From contig NC_057718.1 of NCBI RefSeq assembly GCF_004010195.1, positions 13,206,963-13,270,962 on the forward strand: 64,000 nt of DNA. The letters run 5' to 3'. Origin of the DNA: Chiloscyllium plagiosum. Its lineage: Eukaryota. The notes beneath the pieces were generated by a model. That model did not search any database. It saw nothing but the letters and a program-made list of their open reading frames with translations, and was not told where the DNA came from. Positions within the stretch are counted from its first letter, which is position 1; each line of letters opens with the position of its first letter. Shown here piece after piece: positions 1 to 14,107 of the stretch. The position numbers and the translations under genes were made by a program.

Positions 1-288
1 GGTACAGAGAACACCAAACGGAGAATTCACCACTAAGGTACACAGGAAAGCCACACACACAGACCAAGTCCTGAACTATGAAAGCAACCACCCCAATACA
101 CACAAACGAAGTTGCATCAAGACACTATTCAAAAGGGCCACAACACACTGCAGCACACCAGAACTGCAAAAAGAGGAAGAGGAACACCTATACAAGGTAT
201 TCGCCAAAAACACCAACTAGCCACGAAACGACATGACCAGCTATCCCTAGTAGCCACACACGCAGACGACAAGCAACATGAATTCGAC
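1..288 (+). mobile_element. Penelope-like element ORF fragment (RT thumb joined to GIY-YIG C-terminal piece), internally deleted
   Basis: Frame 2 reads VHRKATHTDQVLNYESNHPNTHKRSCIKTLFKRATTHCSTPELQKEEEEHLYKVFAKN (PLE thumb motif RK.THTD..L...S.HP..HK), then jumps frame to HQLATKRHDQLSLVATHADDKQHEFD (EH...S.VA.H....H.FD endonuclease tail). Confidence 0.8.
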
Positions 289-328
289 AATAGATAGATG
301 AAGGTGGGGGTGAAAGAGAAATGTTGGA

Positions 329-416
329 GAGGGCTTATGCCCAAAACATCGACTTTCCTGTTCCTCGGATGCTGCCTGACTGGCTGCACTTTTCCAGCAC
401 CACACTCTTCGACTTT
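329..416 (+). mobile_element. Penelope terminal-repeat fragment (family A) with truncated hammerhead core
   Basis: gggcttatgcccaaaacatcgac...ggatgctgcctgac...ttttccagcaccacact, homologous to 50277-50372. Confidence 0.75.
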
Positions 417-1868
417 TAATCACCTATCCCATTATCTCTCTTGGCTAGGTGCAAATCTTTGCCTGATTGTCTCCTCTGAAGTGCCTGAGGGTCAATTCAC
501 TGCATTAAAAGGTCACAACAACCCAAGGATTGCAGCAACCTTCTCCAAGGCAATTAGAGATAGGCAATAAAATGATGACCTGGACAATGATGCACCACAT
601 CGAATGCATAATAATAAGAGAAACTGCCTGACTCCTTCAGAGCACTATTATAAAAGTATTGGACCACAGGCTGTCTCTGTAATTTCCACTGGCCTTTTAT
701 TTTTTGCTCCAGTATGCTTTATGCTACTCATCAGAGCATAACCACAATGATTATAACTTGTGCATATTTTCCCTGTGACCTTTGTTTCAACTGACACTCA
801 ACCCTGCTTTAATCTTCGTAAATTTTCATTCATTTGATATGAATTTCAGACTGAACCTTCCTCCCAAACTGAAATGAAAGTCACTGCATTAGAAATCATC
901 ATTACTGAGCATACATCCAATAACCATTCAATTTACCTTGCCTATAGTCCGGCTTTAAAATGGGATAATCAACAGATTCACCTTTGATTATATCATTATC
1001 TTGAGATGTCTCAAGAGGATCATCAACAGCGACTTCAACTTCTGTAACACAAAATGCTGGGAGTTAGTTATTGCATAATTAGGAATAACAACTAACAGTC
1101 TTATAAAACTTAGTTAACTCCTTTAAAGGATAAGCCATGACTGGTGCCTTTGGTGATTGATTTAGAAAGTTAAAAATTGAAGTAAATGAGTATCGATCTA
1201 ATGTAAAACATTCTGCACTTTATGTATATTTCACACAACACATTGGATGTAAACTTTAACAATTTTCTCAGTGCAGTTTATGTGTGGTTAACTTGGAATT
1301 ATTTTCAAAGTTTGGTTTGTAAGTTTCCCATGTCGTGTAAGATCCTGCAATGCTTTAATCTTGTGTAAATCATTGTAATTCTTATCAAAAATCAATTGTT
1401 ATCACCTTAGAATTTATCAGCAGTCGAAAGCAAAATAATTTTATTCATCTACCATTGGGACATATGGATTACCAGCACTTTCAATTAAATTAATGAAAAG
1501 CATTCTAGCCTCGTTTCTCCTTGATAAAGTGGTGTTTGCCTGATGGGTTTTGAATCAAGTTGAGGCCATCCCCAATGTTTTCTGAAAACTCTTAGGTTGG
1601 TCTTAGATTCACTCCATTGTAAAAGATTATGCATCAATTTGCGAAGTATTTTTTAAAATTAAAGTCAGTCTCACCCCAACTGATGTCTAGGCAGCTCGTA
1701 ACCAGAATCAGCTGTGGTGCCAATAATATGTCACTTGAAAGAGGCAGAACACAATGCTAAATTCTGTACTTGTTACTGAATGTTTTGTACAAACTGCTGT
1801 GATCATATCAAACTGGGAGAATGGTGCTACAACTAAAATGATTTAGTACAGGTTGCCAAAATTCTTAC

Positions 1869-2201
1869 CATCATCGTCAGTCCGTTCTTTGCTGCTACTC
1901 TCTATTCCTGATGTGTAAGAACTCCTGCGGCTCATCATTGAGCTATTATGCTTAACTATACTGTGCACAAGTTCAGTGGAGAATGGTTCATCCACTGTCA
2001 TCTCCACAGACATTCTGTGCCTTGAATCTGCCTCAATTCCCGAGGTATGCGAACTACCATGGCTAATTGTTGACTGACGGGAGAGCCGCTTTTTCCTTGC
2101 GCTTCCATGACTGCTTCCACTGCCATGAGAATGCTCATCTAGTCGCTCAAGATCCATCTCAAAGGCATCACTGATGTACGATTCTCTGTAGCGCTTTTTC
2201 T
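1869..2201 (-). CDS. FRMD1: FRMD1 coding exon 10: EKKRYRESYISDAFEMDLERLDEHSHGSGSSHG...TSGIESSSKERTDDD (gene continues)
   Basis: caatacAG / GTAAGA; 333 nt, phase 1->1; YRESYISD and S..S.TSGIE motifs conserved in FRMD1/FRMD6; in ORF 1843..2292. Confidence 0.92.
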
Positions 2202-3077
2202 CTGTATTGCACAAAGGTGAAGGAATGCAAGCTCTAATACAAACATTATATCTCCCAAAAATAACGCAAAATAAATTGGTTACATTATTCATTCTCTCAA
2301 ATAATTGAGAAAGTACAGAATTATCAGACAGATGGGAAGCTTTGTGTCTATACTGAGTTTTGAAAGTAAGATCACAAAATGAGACACTTTCTCATAATGC
2401 TTTAAAAATACTGGGTTCTCACAAAACGGAGGTGAGATATCTATGGTGGAATTCCTGTACACATTAAACAAATTATTTCAGATTCAACTTAGCTACTGAG
2501 AGTAAAAAAAATTCTGAATTGGAAGTGTTACTAAAAATTACTCTCATCATTAACAATTGGGAAAATGTTTCAGATTTCTTGCTGACAGAAGCAAGCAATG
2601 AGGTGCTGTGTGGACTTTCATAAACACAACACAAGATGGCAGCAGCTTCAGCAGCAATAACCTGAGAGGGGCACACATTGGGAGTAATATTCACAAATTC
2701 CAGAACTAATTGAGCCAGAGAATCCATGAATTGCAACATTGTAAAACTTATAGTTTTACAATGTTCCTAATCACATCATCAGATTGATCCAGAGTCCTTC
2801 TCAGCCAACAAACTCCTTTTTAATTGTGGTATAGACAGAGAAAAATCTCAGAAACAGCAAGCAAACAAATGGGCCAGGTGACCTGTTTGTGATAGCGTTG
2901 GTCAAGAAAGGCCTGTTGGATAGAAGACCTCCCATGTTCTTCTTCAAACAGAAGTAGACAAAGTTTACGTGAGAAAGGTACTACGACAACTTGCAGGTAA
3001 CTTGGAGCATTTCTGAAGATTCCAGGCTGCTTGAGTCAACTTATTGTTTGAGGTAAAAAGAGCTTTGTACAAGTTTA

Positions 3078-3329
<252 letters not shown>

Positions 3330-4384
3330 TTAGTTCCTTTCAGTTATATCTGCTCAGTTCCATATAAAATTAGGACATATTTTGTAAAGTGATGGAAAAA
3401 AAAACATTAATTGATAAGAAAGAAAAAGCCTATAATGTTCTCCTATGAATCACTTGTTCAAGAAAAACCTTTCATGTGGTGTTCATGTCACTGGCAAAGG
3501 CAACATTTGTTCTCGATCCTACATTGCACTGGGGAAAGTAGTGGTGAGCTACCTTCTTGTATCACTGCAGATATATCTGGTGCAAGAACATCCACAGTGC
3601 CATAGAAAGCAAATTCAGGATTTTGATCCAGCTACAATGAAGGACCAGTGATATATAGTTCCTCATCTGGATGGTGTATATCTTGCATCGGACTTGACAA
3701 GCAGTGGGATTCCAATGCAAATGTTACCACTGTCCTAGGAGCAAGTAAAAGCTATTTAGCCTATCACATCCACGCCATGTGGCAGAAAATATATTATTCT
3801 ATCATAAACACCTCACACTCACCACCGCCTTTTGATTCCTACTTTAAAGATCAACAGTCTGCCCTGGAAATATTAGATGTTGACAAATATATTTATAATT
3901 CATCAATATTGCCTTTGTTACTTTGTCTATGCAAACATTCTGAAGTAAAGCACATCAGCTGTCCCTTCACAGGTAACTATTTATACAAATCAGAGATACC
4001 CTAGAGCAGATGATCTTCTACTTTCCTGCAATAAGTATTTGGCTCCAACACTTGCTTTTGTGGTTAGAAAATCAGTGCATACAGAAGAAACGAAATGGAA
4101 GGGTAATTTCTGTTCTTTCTCAAAAGCATCATTTTAAAATGAATGCCCAGGGAGGATTGTGACATTAATTTAGTTAGTGATACAGAACCTGAGCTATAAT
4201 ATCATATCTTAAATTCTAAATTTTAAAGAAAAGTTAGATCCTCAGCTCAGCTGCTTCCAAAATTCTCATCCATACCTATCATACCCCTCGATCTGCCTAT
4301 TCCAATGTGTTTTTGATTGCCCTTCTACTGTACACTGTGAATCTACTGCCTGTATCCCAACTCCTGCCAAGTGCGGTTTCTGTT

Positions 4385-4810
4385 TCATCTGTCCTTGCTA
4401 ACCTACACTGCTTCCCAGTTAAGACACACCTCAATTTTAAAATGCTCATCCTGGTTTCCAAGTTCATTCATAGCCTCCCACTCAGCCCTCTGATCTATTC
4501 CATCTACATTCCTCCAACATTTCTGTACTCCTCCACTTCTAGTCTTTAGAGCATTCTCAGTTTTAATCATACAACCACTGCCAGCTGTGCTTGACAGTGC
4601 CAAAGCCCTAAGTAATTGAATTCCGTCCTAAACCTCCCTCCTCACTGACCTCATTTAAGATGTTCCTTAAATCCTACCTTGTTAACAGAACATTTAATCA
4701 ACTGCACTACATCGCTCACATGCCTCACTGTAGATTTGGTTCAAAAATGCCCTGATGAAACAACCTAGATCATTTTACTCAAGGCACTGCATAAATGCAG
4801 AGTTGATTTT
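4385..4810 (+). mobile_element. Old L2-type LINE 3' end
   Basis: Reads LANLHCFPVKTHLNFKMLILVSKFIHSL (L2 'LHWLPV..RI.FK.L.L.FK' motif); similar remnant at ~5540-5910 ending in a gttgttgtt tail. Confidence 0.6.
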
Positions 4811-5171
4811 GTGTGTATAAGAGTGATAAAGCTTGAAACTATCAAGGCTGATTTCAGCCATTGAAACCAAGTTCAGTAATAAAGGAATTTGCTTTTACAC
4901 AGCTCATGGTACTTTATAGAGGGATAAAAAACATTGAATGCCAAGAGCAATTTTAAATAACGTGCCAAAAAATCCCATGCATATTATGATGCCATCACAG
5001 GGCAAAATCAATGCAGTAAGACCAAGGATTCCTTGAAAATGAATACCTAAACAATATTTGGGATAAGAAACTATTATTGACTGCACAATGAAACTTTTGG
5101 AATGAAGAATGAATAGTTGAAAACTAGACTTACAAGTTCCAAAGCTGGCAGGACAACATTTCTCTACTTAC

Positions 5172-5240
5172 CAGGAAAGTAAGCTTGCCGACATTTGACC
5201 ACGGAAAGTCATACAGCAATTGTCGAACACTATGAGATTC
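5172..5240 (-). CDS. FRMD1: FRMD1 coding exon 8: ESHSVRQLLYDFPWSNVGKLTFL
   Basis: ttgtttgtAG / GTAAGT; 69 nt, phase 0; QLLYDFPW..VGKL motif. Confidence 0.94.
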
Positions 5241-5375
5241 CTACAAACAAGATAAGAATTTAAATAGAATGTGCTTGACTACTAATTGCACCAAAACAAA
5301 TAGGAATTTGAAATGCAGTGGAATACAGTCACTTTGCAAGCATTAAATGACCATTATGTTTTGCACAGTTTGTAC

Positions 5376-5441
5376 CTGATATATATGTATGCCTCTCAAA
5401 GTGAGCCCAAGCACGACAGAGGGATGCTCTTCTTTCTTATC
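5376..5441 (-). CDS. FRMD1: FRMD1 coding exon 7: DKKEEHPSVVLGLTLRGIHIYQ
   Basis: ttgttgcAG / GTACAA; 66 nt, phase 0; FERM F3 LGL..RGI motif. Confidence 0.93.
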
Positions 5442-6431
5442 CTGCAACAAAATAAAATTGTTACATGCACAAAGGCAAAATGATTTTCAAGACGTCATCC
5501 AGGGCTAGTTGACCATGTCCTAACTCATACTGAATCCCATTTACCCATCAACCCTGTACTTAATAATTGCCACGGTTTTAAAATTTACATGCTTATTTTC
5601 AAATTACTCTCCCTTGTCTATCTCGCTAAACTCCTGCACGTCCCAAATTTGAGCAACTTTCATTCTGACCTCTTCAGTGACCCAGATTTTAATTGCTTCT
5701 TCATTGGTGATCATGTCTACAATTCCTATGCCCTAAACTCTGGAATTGCTTTCCATTTCTCTACTCTTTCCTTCTTTGAGATGCTGTTTGACCTAGCTCC
5801 ATGACCCTCTCTGTCCTAACACGTCTTATGTAGTCTGGTGTCAGACTTTAATTATCAACTTGCCTCTGAAAAGACTTGTGGAGTTTTACTACTTTAAAGC
5901 TGCTACAGGTAGTTGTTGTTGTAGTTGAGATTGTTGGCCACCAGTACAAATATTGGATTGCATTTTTTTCCACAGTTGATCAAAAACATATCAATAGCTA
6001 AGGGCCACCTTTGTGTGTACAAGGAGAACAACTTTAACATGTAGCATGGAAAGTTCTATGGCAAAACTTTAAACCAAGTTCTATCATTGGGAACATCCAA
6101 CTTAACCAGTTGCAGGTTGGCAATAGTCACACCTAGAATAAACCCAAGTTTATACGTTGTACTGATGCAACCTTGTAGCTCACTGATGCAGAGTCTTACC
6201 TCTGTTCTGATCAATCATAACCATTAGGCTTATAAAGTTAACTGGAACTGAATAGATGAGCCTTGTGCCCCAATTAATGGATCCCATTAAAGAGATAAGT
6301 TGGCCAGAGTACTGTAAATCTGCTTAGCTCAGATACAGAATGAGAATTCACACATAAGGAATAAAACAGATTCATCCATAAGCATTTTATTCAAAAAGGT
6401 CAATATTTTAGAAATAAAAATTGTCATATGA

Positions 6432-6748
6432 TGGGTTGCATGGGGGCTCAGTGGTTAGACCTGCTGCCTCACAGCACATGGGAACCAGGTTCAATTCCAG
6501 CCTTGGGTGACGGTCTGCATGGAGTTGGCACATTTTCCTTATGTATGTGGGGATTGCTCCAGTTTCCTTCTGCAGTCCATAGAGGTGCAGGTTAGGTGAA
6601 TTGGCCCCATGGTATCCAGGGATGTGGGGTAAATGTAGGGTTAAGGGAATAGGGTGGGGAGGTGGGTTTGTATGGGATACTCTTTGGAGAGTCAGTGCAG
6701 ACTTGATGGCTGAATGGCCTCTATCTGAACTGTAGGGATTCTATGATT
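6432..6748 (+). mobile_element. HE1-type V-SINE (diverged)
   Basis: tRNA-like head ggctcagtggttag...ggttcaattcc, V-domain remnant, CR1-like tail ending gattctatgatt. Confidence 0.8.
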
Positions 6749-8191
6749 TCACTTTTTCCTTCACTGAAGGACAAGTATGAAAGTTTAAATTAAATCCTGC
6801 TGCTATAGGTCAGCATTCTTTGACAGCACTGAAGAGAAACATTTCAGTTGAAGTCTATGTACACCAAATCAAAATGTCAGCAGCAAGTATAACATTTGTT
6901 TTACAAAATCACTCTTATTTCCATCTTATTACAATAATGACCTATGTTGCAACATATTTGGCAATTCAAAATTATTCATTCTCATTAACTACCTTATTTT
7001 GCTCAAGAGAACAATATTATGTGGAAGTCAATGTGATATAAATTTAGAGCAATTTGTAACTTCCATTACCATTACTTTTCAGGTATTATATATTATTGTA
7101 AATATAAGATGTATTAGTACCAGACATAATGAGGCAATATGCTTCAGGCTAATGTAGTTCTTTGCAATTCTATGGCTCAACTGGCAGAAACTCAGCTCCA
7201 ATGTCCTCGAGATTTTAGTTTATAATTATATAGAATTCACTTCCACTTGATTAGTAGTATGGTAGAAATATAGACAAAAACTACTTTTTTAGATAGAAAG
7301 CTATAAAGTATGATAAAACTTAAATATTGATGTAGAGGATGAGGGAGAGGAAATAAGGCTGAAAATACAGATGCTCCCAGAAATTCCTGCTCCCATTCAC
7401 TGCCTAATTGTCTACGATCACTTGTAACAAGATTGCAGAGCTACAAACTGATCCTGAGCATACTTTAGTTTTGCTTTGTAGCTTCATTGGTTGACACCTA
7501 GTGTCTACTAGGACTGGTTAGTTAGCTTGGTAGTGATGGAGGGATATCCCAGACAGGGCATGGTTTTACAGATAATGGTAGTGTACATGGATGCTACTGA
7601 TGGTGATGCTCCTCAGTGCCTCATGGATGCCTAGTTTTAAGCTACTAGATCTGTTCTTCCACCATATAGAGCTTATTATGGTTGGATCCAGGAGAGAGGT
7701 TGATGAACATTGAAGCAATGTTTTTTGAAGCAGGATGAAACTTAAGCATAGTAAATATTGATTTAGATGGAATAAAACCACCTGTCTCAAAGCTGTTAGC
7801 AAGAACCATCTCACAATCACAAGAGCTATCCTAGTCATATATGCACATTAACCCCCTACATTACATTTTTTCCTCCCTAGCTACCACCTCCTCTCCCCCC
7901 ACACCCTATGTCTCTGACTCTGTGCATCTGCAAGAGGTGGCATTTAGTATACTTTGATTAATATTACAAATAAAATTCTCATAATCTATGACACCATGCA
8001 AACAAGAGCATATTTAAATAACCTCAAGTATCCACTGCTACTTCACAAATTTAAATGCTCTTGGCTCACAACCTACCATTTGCAGACATATACACTGGAA
8101 TCTGTGCTGCATGTCCATACACCTGTCCACAACACCAGTATGCCAAAAATAAAGTCAAAGCAATAATGCACAATGAAGGAAAATTCTTTTA

Positions 8192-8530
<339 letters not shown>

Positions 8531-10064
8531 CTATGTACAACAAAGCAAATATTATTCCAATTTTCCATTAAAGCTCTAAGCATCATAATTAATATAGTCA
8601 CGGGGACTGGAAAACATGTCTATCATATTTCATTGCCAACGCAGCAGTGATTCATCCTCATAGATCAAAACAATCATTCTTAGTTAAGCACATTAAGTAA
8701 TAGATTTTATTTGCTTCTTTTAATGAAACAGATTATTTTTAATATTTATTTGCAAAACTGGGAAAAAAAGAACAACTAATAATTGTGGTGCTCATAACTA
8801 ATGAGCATAAACTAATTCTGATGCTGCCATAATGAGTACTGCCATCCTTTCCCTCACTGACTGCACCTCAAGCAAGATGCAAGCAAAGCCTTCAGCTGGA
8901 ATTTCCTTCAGCAGTGTAATTATAAATGCTTTCCCCTCCAAATTTAAAGAGAGCATTACAAGCTAACAAGACAACAATGACATTCTGCTGTTTTCTGGTC
9001 TAGCATTAATATATTTATAAATTAAAAGCATCACCAAAATCATTTTAGGTGAAATGGGTCTTTTCTTCTTTCCCTATCATGTGGCAGTTTATCACCTAAA
9101 TGTCCAGAGGATAAATCCTTTGATAATTCACCACTTCAAAAGATTCTATTCTGCTATCATTTGTTCAAAGTCACCAGCTAATGGTAGATTTTTTAAAAAT
9201 AACACAAGATAATAGGAGAGTATTAGAATGTGTTTATTTTTAAAAGAAGCTGTTTCTACTTTACAGCAACATTAAAGATTGAGTACAACACTGGAGTAGG
9301 GTCTTCCCCAATGTTGGAGCTCAATATGCTGGGACCCCTGGAGGAGGTCCTTTCAAATCTCAAGTTTAATACCTGTGGAATGTAACTCCAGTGTGGTGTA
9401 AAACCTGCCTTCAAAAGTGCTCATATGGTGGGGTGATGGAAGGGTATCTACTTGATCATCTGTGCATTTCTTAAACTGAGAGTATAGTTACTCTTAACTT
9501 TTACTCCAAATATATTTCTGAATTTCATGTCATCTGCAAACATTGAAATTATATCCTGTATACCCAAGTCTAGATTATTGAAATGTATCAATATCAGCAG
9601 TAATCCCAATACTGACAACTAGGGAACATCACTGAACACTTCTCTCCACTCTGACAAGCAACAATTTACCATTATCCTCCCTTTTGGATCATACTGCTAT
9701 TGTGCATCATGTAGTACTTTGTAAAAAAAATCTTTTGACATTCCATTATGCACAGAATTAACCACAACCAACTACTTTCATCGGCCCCTATGTTAAAATA
9801 ACTTAAATTATTCAAACATGATTTACCTTGAACAAAGCCACACTGACTTTTATTTGTTGTCAATAATTTTCCAAATGCCAAAATGATCTTTAGCTAGATT
9901 ATTGTCTTGATAAATTTCTGTGTGCTGATACAATTAGTCTCTGCTATTTCCATGGGCTGAAGTCTGGAGTCTGCCTGCTATCTGGGCACTGAATGTCCAT
10001 ACTGCATTTAGGAAGTTGCTTAACCCAGCTAGACTCTTCCTACTGTGAGACTGCTGCATCTATA

Positions 10065-10552
10065 TATTTTTAATTTTTCAAAATCTACTTTATTCATAAA
10101 AAAATCTGTATTTATATAAAAACACACACATAGACACAGTTCTGTACAGTAGCATATCAAGAAAACAAACAAACACTGGAGTTTGACTCTATCCAAACAA
10201 ACCAAAGGCATCTCTTACTTGAACCAGACTACACTTACAAAGATTTGAGGCACAAGGAACATCCAATAACTGAACAGAGCCCCCATTTAACTTCAGCAGG
10301 AAAACTTCAGACAGTGGTCTTTTTCCCCACTGCGCTTTGGCAGCAGCTGCCCCAAGCTTTAGCGCATCGCTCAGCACATAGTCCTGGACCAAGGAATGTG
10401 CCAGGCTGCAACATTCAGTCGAGGCCAACTCCTTATTCTGTAAGATCAACATGTTTTGGGCAGACCAAAGAGCATCTTTCACCAAGTTGATGGTCTTCCA
10501 CTCGCAGTTGACAATTGTCTCAATGTGTGTCCCAGGAAACAGACCATAGAGA
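10065..10552 (-). mobile_element. Tx1/L1-clade non-LTR retrotransposon 3' end
   Basis: LYGLFPGTH...VKDALWSAQNMLILQNKELASTECCSLAHSLVQDYVLSDALKLGAAAAKAQWGK, then 3'UTR with aataaa and A-rich tail; lies near old CR1 remnants (~9540-9920, ~10590-10790). Confidence 0.7.
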
Positions 10553-11174
10553 ATTTCTCCCTTTACCTCATCTCACAGTAACTCTTTCACTCTCAGTAAA
10601 CTCTTTTTCATAAAGTATACTGATCACAGCTCTTCCATTTCTCCTTTCTTCGCACGTTGATGTCAAAGGTGCATCATCATGTATAAACATTATTACTAAA
10701 ACAATAATTTGCATTATACGCCAGACATTCCCTCATCACTGATATTAAAGCTGTAATTGCTGGGTTTATTTCTCTAACATTCTTTTGACCAGTGGAAGTG
10801 TCACACAATTACATTTACATCTGCCCTACACCAGAAACAAAACCCACATAAAACATAGCATTGTCTGCATCTCTGGATTGAATTCTGAACTCTGACTCAG
10901 GTCTAATAGAGCACAGCTTTGTTTATGATGTCAAACCTGAAGAATGTCACTAGGTCTAGTTGGAACTCAAATAGAACATACCATTCATTGCCTGGCTATA
11001 TATTGTGCATGAACAAAACGGTTCCGCTTCGGAACAGGGAGGGAAAACAGGTTTGTGGGGAAGTGCTTTTTAAAACATCATTCTACATGACCACAATGGA
11101 ATGTCCAAAGTCATGTCAAATAGTTGTATCTTTCATTCACTCACAAAAGATAAGAAAGCAATAAAAGCAAAATA

Positions 11175-11300
11175 GTGCAGAAGCTGGAAATTTGAAACGA
11201 AGAGAGAATGCTGGAGAAACTCAGCAGGTCTGGCCGTGCCTGAGGACAGAGAAACAGAGCTAACATTTTGAGTCCAGCATGACTTTTTCAGAACTGAAAG
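11175..11300 (-). mobile_element. Penelope terminal-repeat element (family B), decayed hammerhead
   Basis: Minus strand: cagttctgaaaaagtcatgctggactcaaaatgttagctctgtttctctg...gacctgctgagtttctccagc. Confidence 0.7.
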
Positions 11301-11904
11301 GTGATGAAATTCTTGTGACAGAAGCTTGGTTACTGACTGATACTTTCTTGGTCTATCTGGTTTGTTTTTAGAACAAAATTGTGTTACTGGTTTATTGTGC
11401 AGATTTTCCAATAAATCTGCATCTGATAAAATTAAAACTATTGAATATACTTTCAAAACATGAAAAGTTCTATGGTAATAGATAATTTTGTCTCTGTGAT
11501 GCTGTGTACAGGAAGATTGAAATCAATAAAATGATACTTGTTCTGCTTCCCCTGTTTGTCACATTATCACTGCCCCTTCTCGCACACAGCCCAAAAAGGA
11601 AGTTCCTGCTCCTCTCCTAGCTTTGCTCTTGTTCTCAAGTGTTCTTTCTGATTCTGTCGACTCACCATTGTCATCATTTCTGGACATTAGCTACAAAAAT
11701 GAGGCTAGCCACTCTCCAGGCAGTTCTGGGAACTACTCCAAAAGCTCTTTCTGACACCTCAAGAAATTTAGTCTCTGACTACCCGTCCTGAGGGAACCAG
11801 GGCAGACACGGACTTGGGTTAACTTAGAGATGGTTGCAGTGGTAGCAGAGTTGGAGAGTTTCCAGGAGGACAGCTAATGTGTTTCAATCTGGGTGGTGTC
11901 CATG

Positions 11905-12290
11905 GGAACACAAGAACAGGATTAGTCCATTCAGCTCATTGTACCTACCCTACAACTCAATACAATCATGGTTGATTCAACACGTCAATACGTTTTACTC
12001 ACCCATCCCAATAGCCCTATGTACCACTGTTAATCAGAAATCTATTAATTTCAAGCTAAAACAAAGTCAAGGCTGAGCTTCCTCAGTTCTCTGAGGTAGA
12101 GAATCCCAAAGATTCACAACCCTTTTAGTAAAAGAGAAATTCTCCTCCTCTCAGACCTAAGTGGCATCCCCCTTATTTTTAAATTGTGCCTCCTGGTTTT
12201 AAGCACCACAACCAAGGGAAACACTTACCTGCATCCACCCAGTCCATTATTTTAGGTATTTTGTAAGTTTCAATGAGATCATCTCCATTA
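11905..12290 (-). mobile_element. CR1 LINE 3' fragment (old subfamily)
   Basis: Homologous to 27740-28100; CR1 C-terminal NLKIRGMPLRS/RRNF motif on minus strand. Confidence 0.7.
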
Positions 12291-13554
12291 TGTGCTGTGC
12301 ACAAAGTCCTCAGACCAGTCTGAAAGATCAGCATTCTCACCATTGCTACATTTTGTTATCTCAAGCACCAACAGCTACCAGCACTTGGGAAGAAAGATTT
12401 CTTTTGTACAAACCCTTGGGGAAAATATGTAAAATTTCCTAATCCTGGTCTGAGGCAAAACAGCCTGTTACATTCACCAATTTCCTTCAATGTATCTTCC
12501 ACCTTGAAGTATTCATTAGACTCTTTTCCAATAAAAGCTTCATTAATTTTATGTTATGCATCATTGAATAGGCAGCAATTTTCTTTTGTTTGCATGACAC
12601 AAAGGATATGAATCAGAATGTTCTTGTTCCATTGCCATCACTGGGGAGTGATACTTTGTGCAATTTTTAAAAATGTGTTTTATGAAACGTTGGATAAATG
12701 ATCTCATTGAAGTTGTTAACTGTATGAAAGTTTGTGGTGTTTTCAAAGGAATTAGGTATAGTTATTATGTTCGAAGCAATCAAAGGGTGTGGGGAGGAAG
12801 CAGGAACAGGGTTCTGAATTAGATGATCAGCCATGGTCATATTGAATGGCTGAGCAGAACTGAAGGGCAGAATGGCCTATACCTGTTCCTATTTTCTACT
12901 TTTCCACTGGTGTGCAGTGGATAGTATATTTTTGATGACGGGGCCAACAATATAAGGTGGCCACCAAGAAGTCCAATAGCAAATTCAGGAAACCCTTCTT
13001 TACCCAGAAAGTGACAAGAAATTGGCATTTCCTACCTCAGGTCACATGAATAGCACAGTGGAAACTAGACACACGCAGGAAAGAGGAGGAGAACAGTTGG
13101 TTGTACTTAGATGAGAAAAGAATGGCAGGAGGCTTAAATGGAGCATAAGCACTGATAGGTTGGGCCAGAAGTGCTGTTACTGTGCCATCAATTCTGTGCT
13201 ATTCTACGTAATTACACGGTGTATATTCTGGACTGGAAGTATGTTCTTTGTGCCAGACATGGCTTAATTCTTGATTTAATCTGAATAATATGCAATTTGT
13301 GTTCTTGAGCTACAATCTTAAACAATGAGATACGAGCTGATTAGTGCTATTGTTTGTTTCATATACACTACAATTATTTTTGTGCATTTACATAATCTCA
13401 GCTATTATGCTCATTTTCACCTTTATTGGGTTTGCAATATAATGCTGCCTGGTCCAAAACCAACTGTGCAAATCCAATACATCTTCAATCCCTGGGAAAG
13501 GGCAGTCAACAAGTATACCTCAAAGACTATTTTCTCCAAATTAATAACATGTTA

Positions 13555-13836
<282 letters not shown>

Positions 13837-14107
13837 TCAGGAAATGAGCTAAACGGCTGTTGATCCAAGCTACACACATTTTATTGGTATTGTTTTAAAC
13901 AAGGAATTATAATCTGGCTCATGAACACTGTGGGTAACTGAGCCACACAGGCCAGTGCCCAGGTAATGCTGCACTGTGAAAACTGATCCTAATTGAAACC
14001 GTGACAAGAGTCTACAACTTGTAAGAATATATGATGGAATGAGAGCGGGGTGGGGGAGGGGGCTGGGGGGGGTGAAAGTCAGCCACGGATATATCTCTTT
14101 ATTCCTA

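Noticed and set aside
1505..1581. Possible next FRMD1 exon (ttttcAG, phase-compatible, ENIGDGLNLIQNPSGKHHFIKEKRG*)
   Set aside because: No recognisable similarity to FRMD1/FRMD6 C-termini (which end in EFVV); cannot be supported without RNA data.
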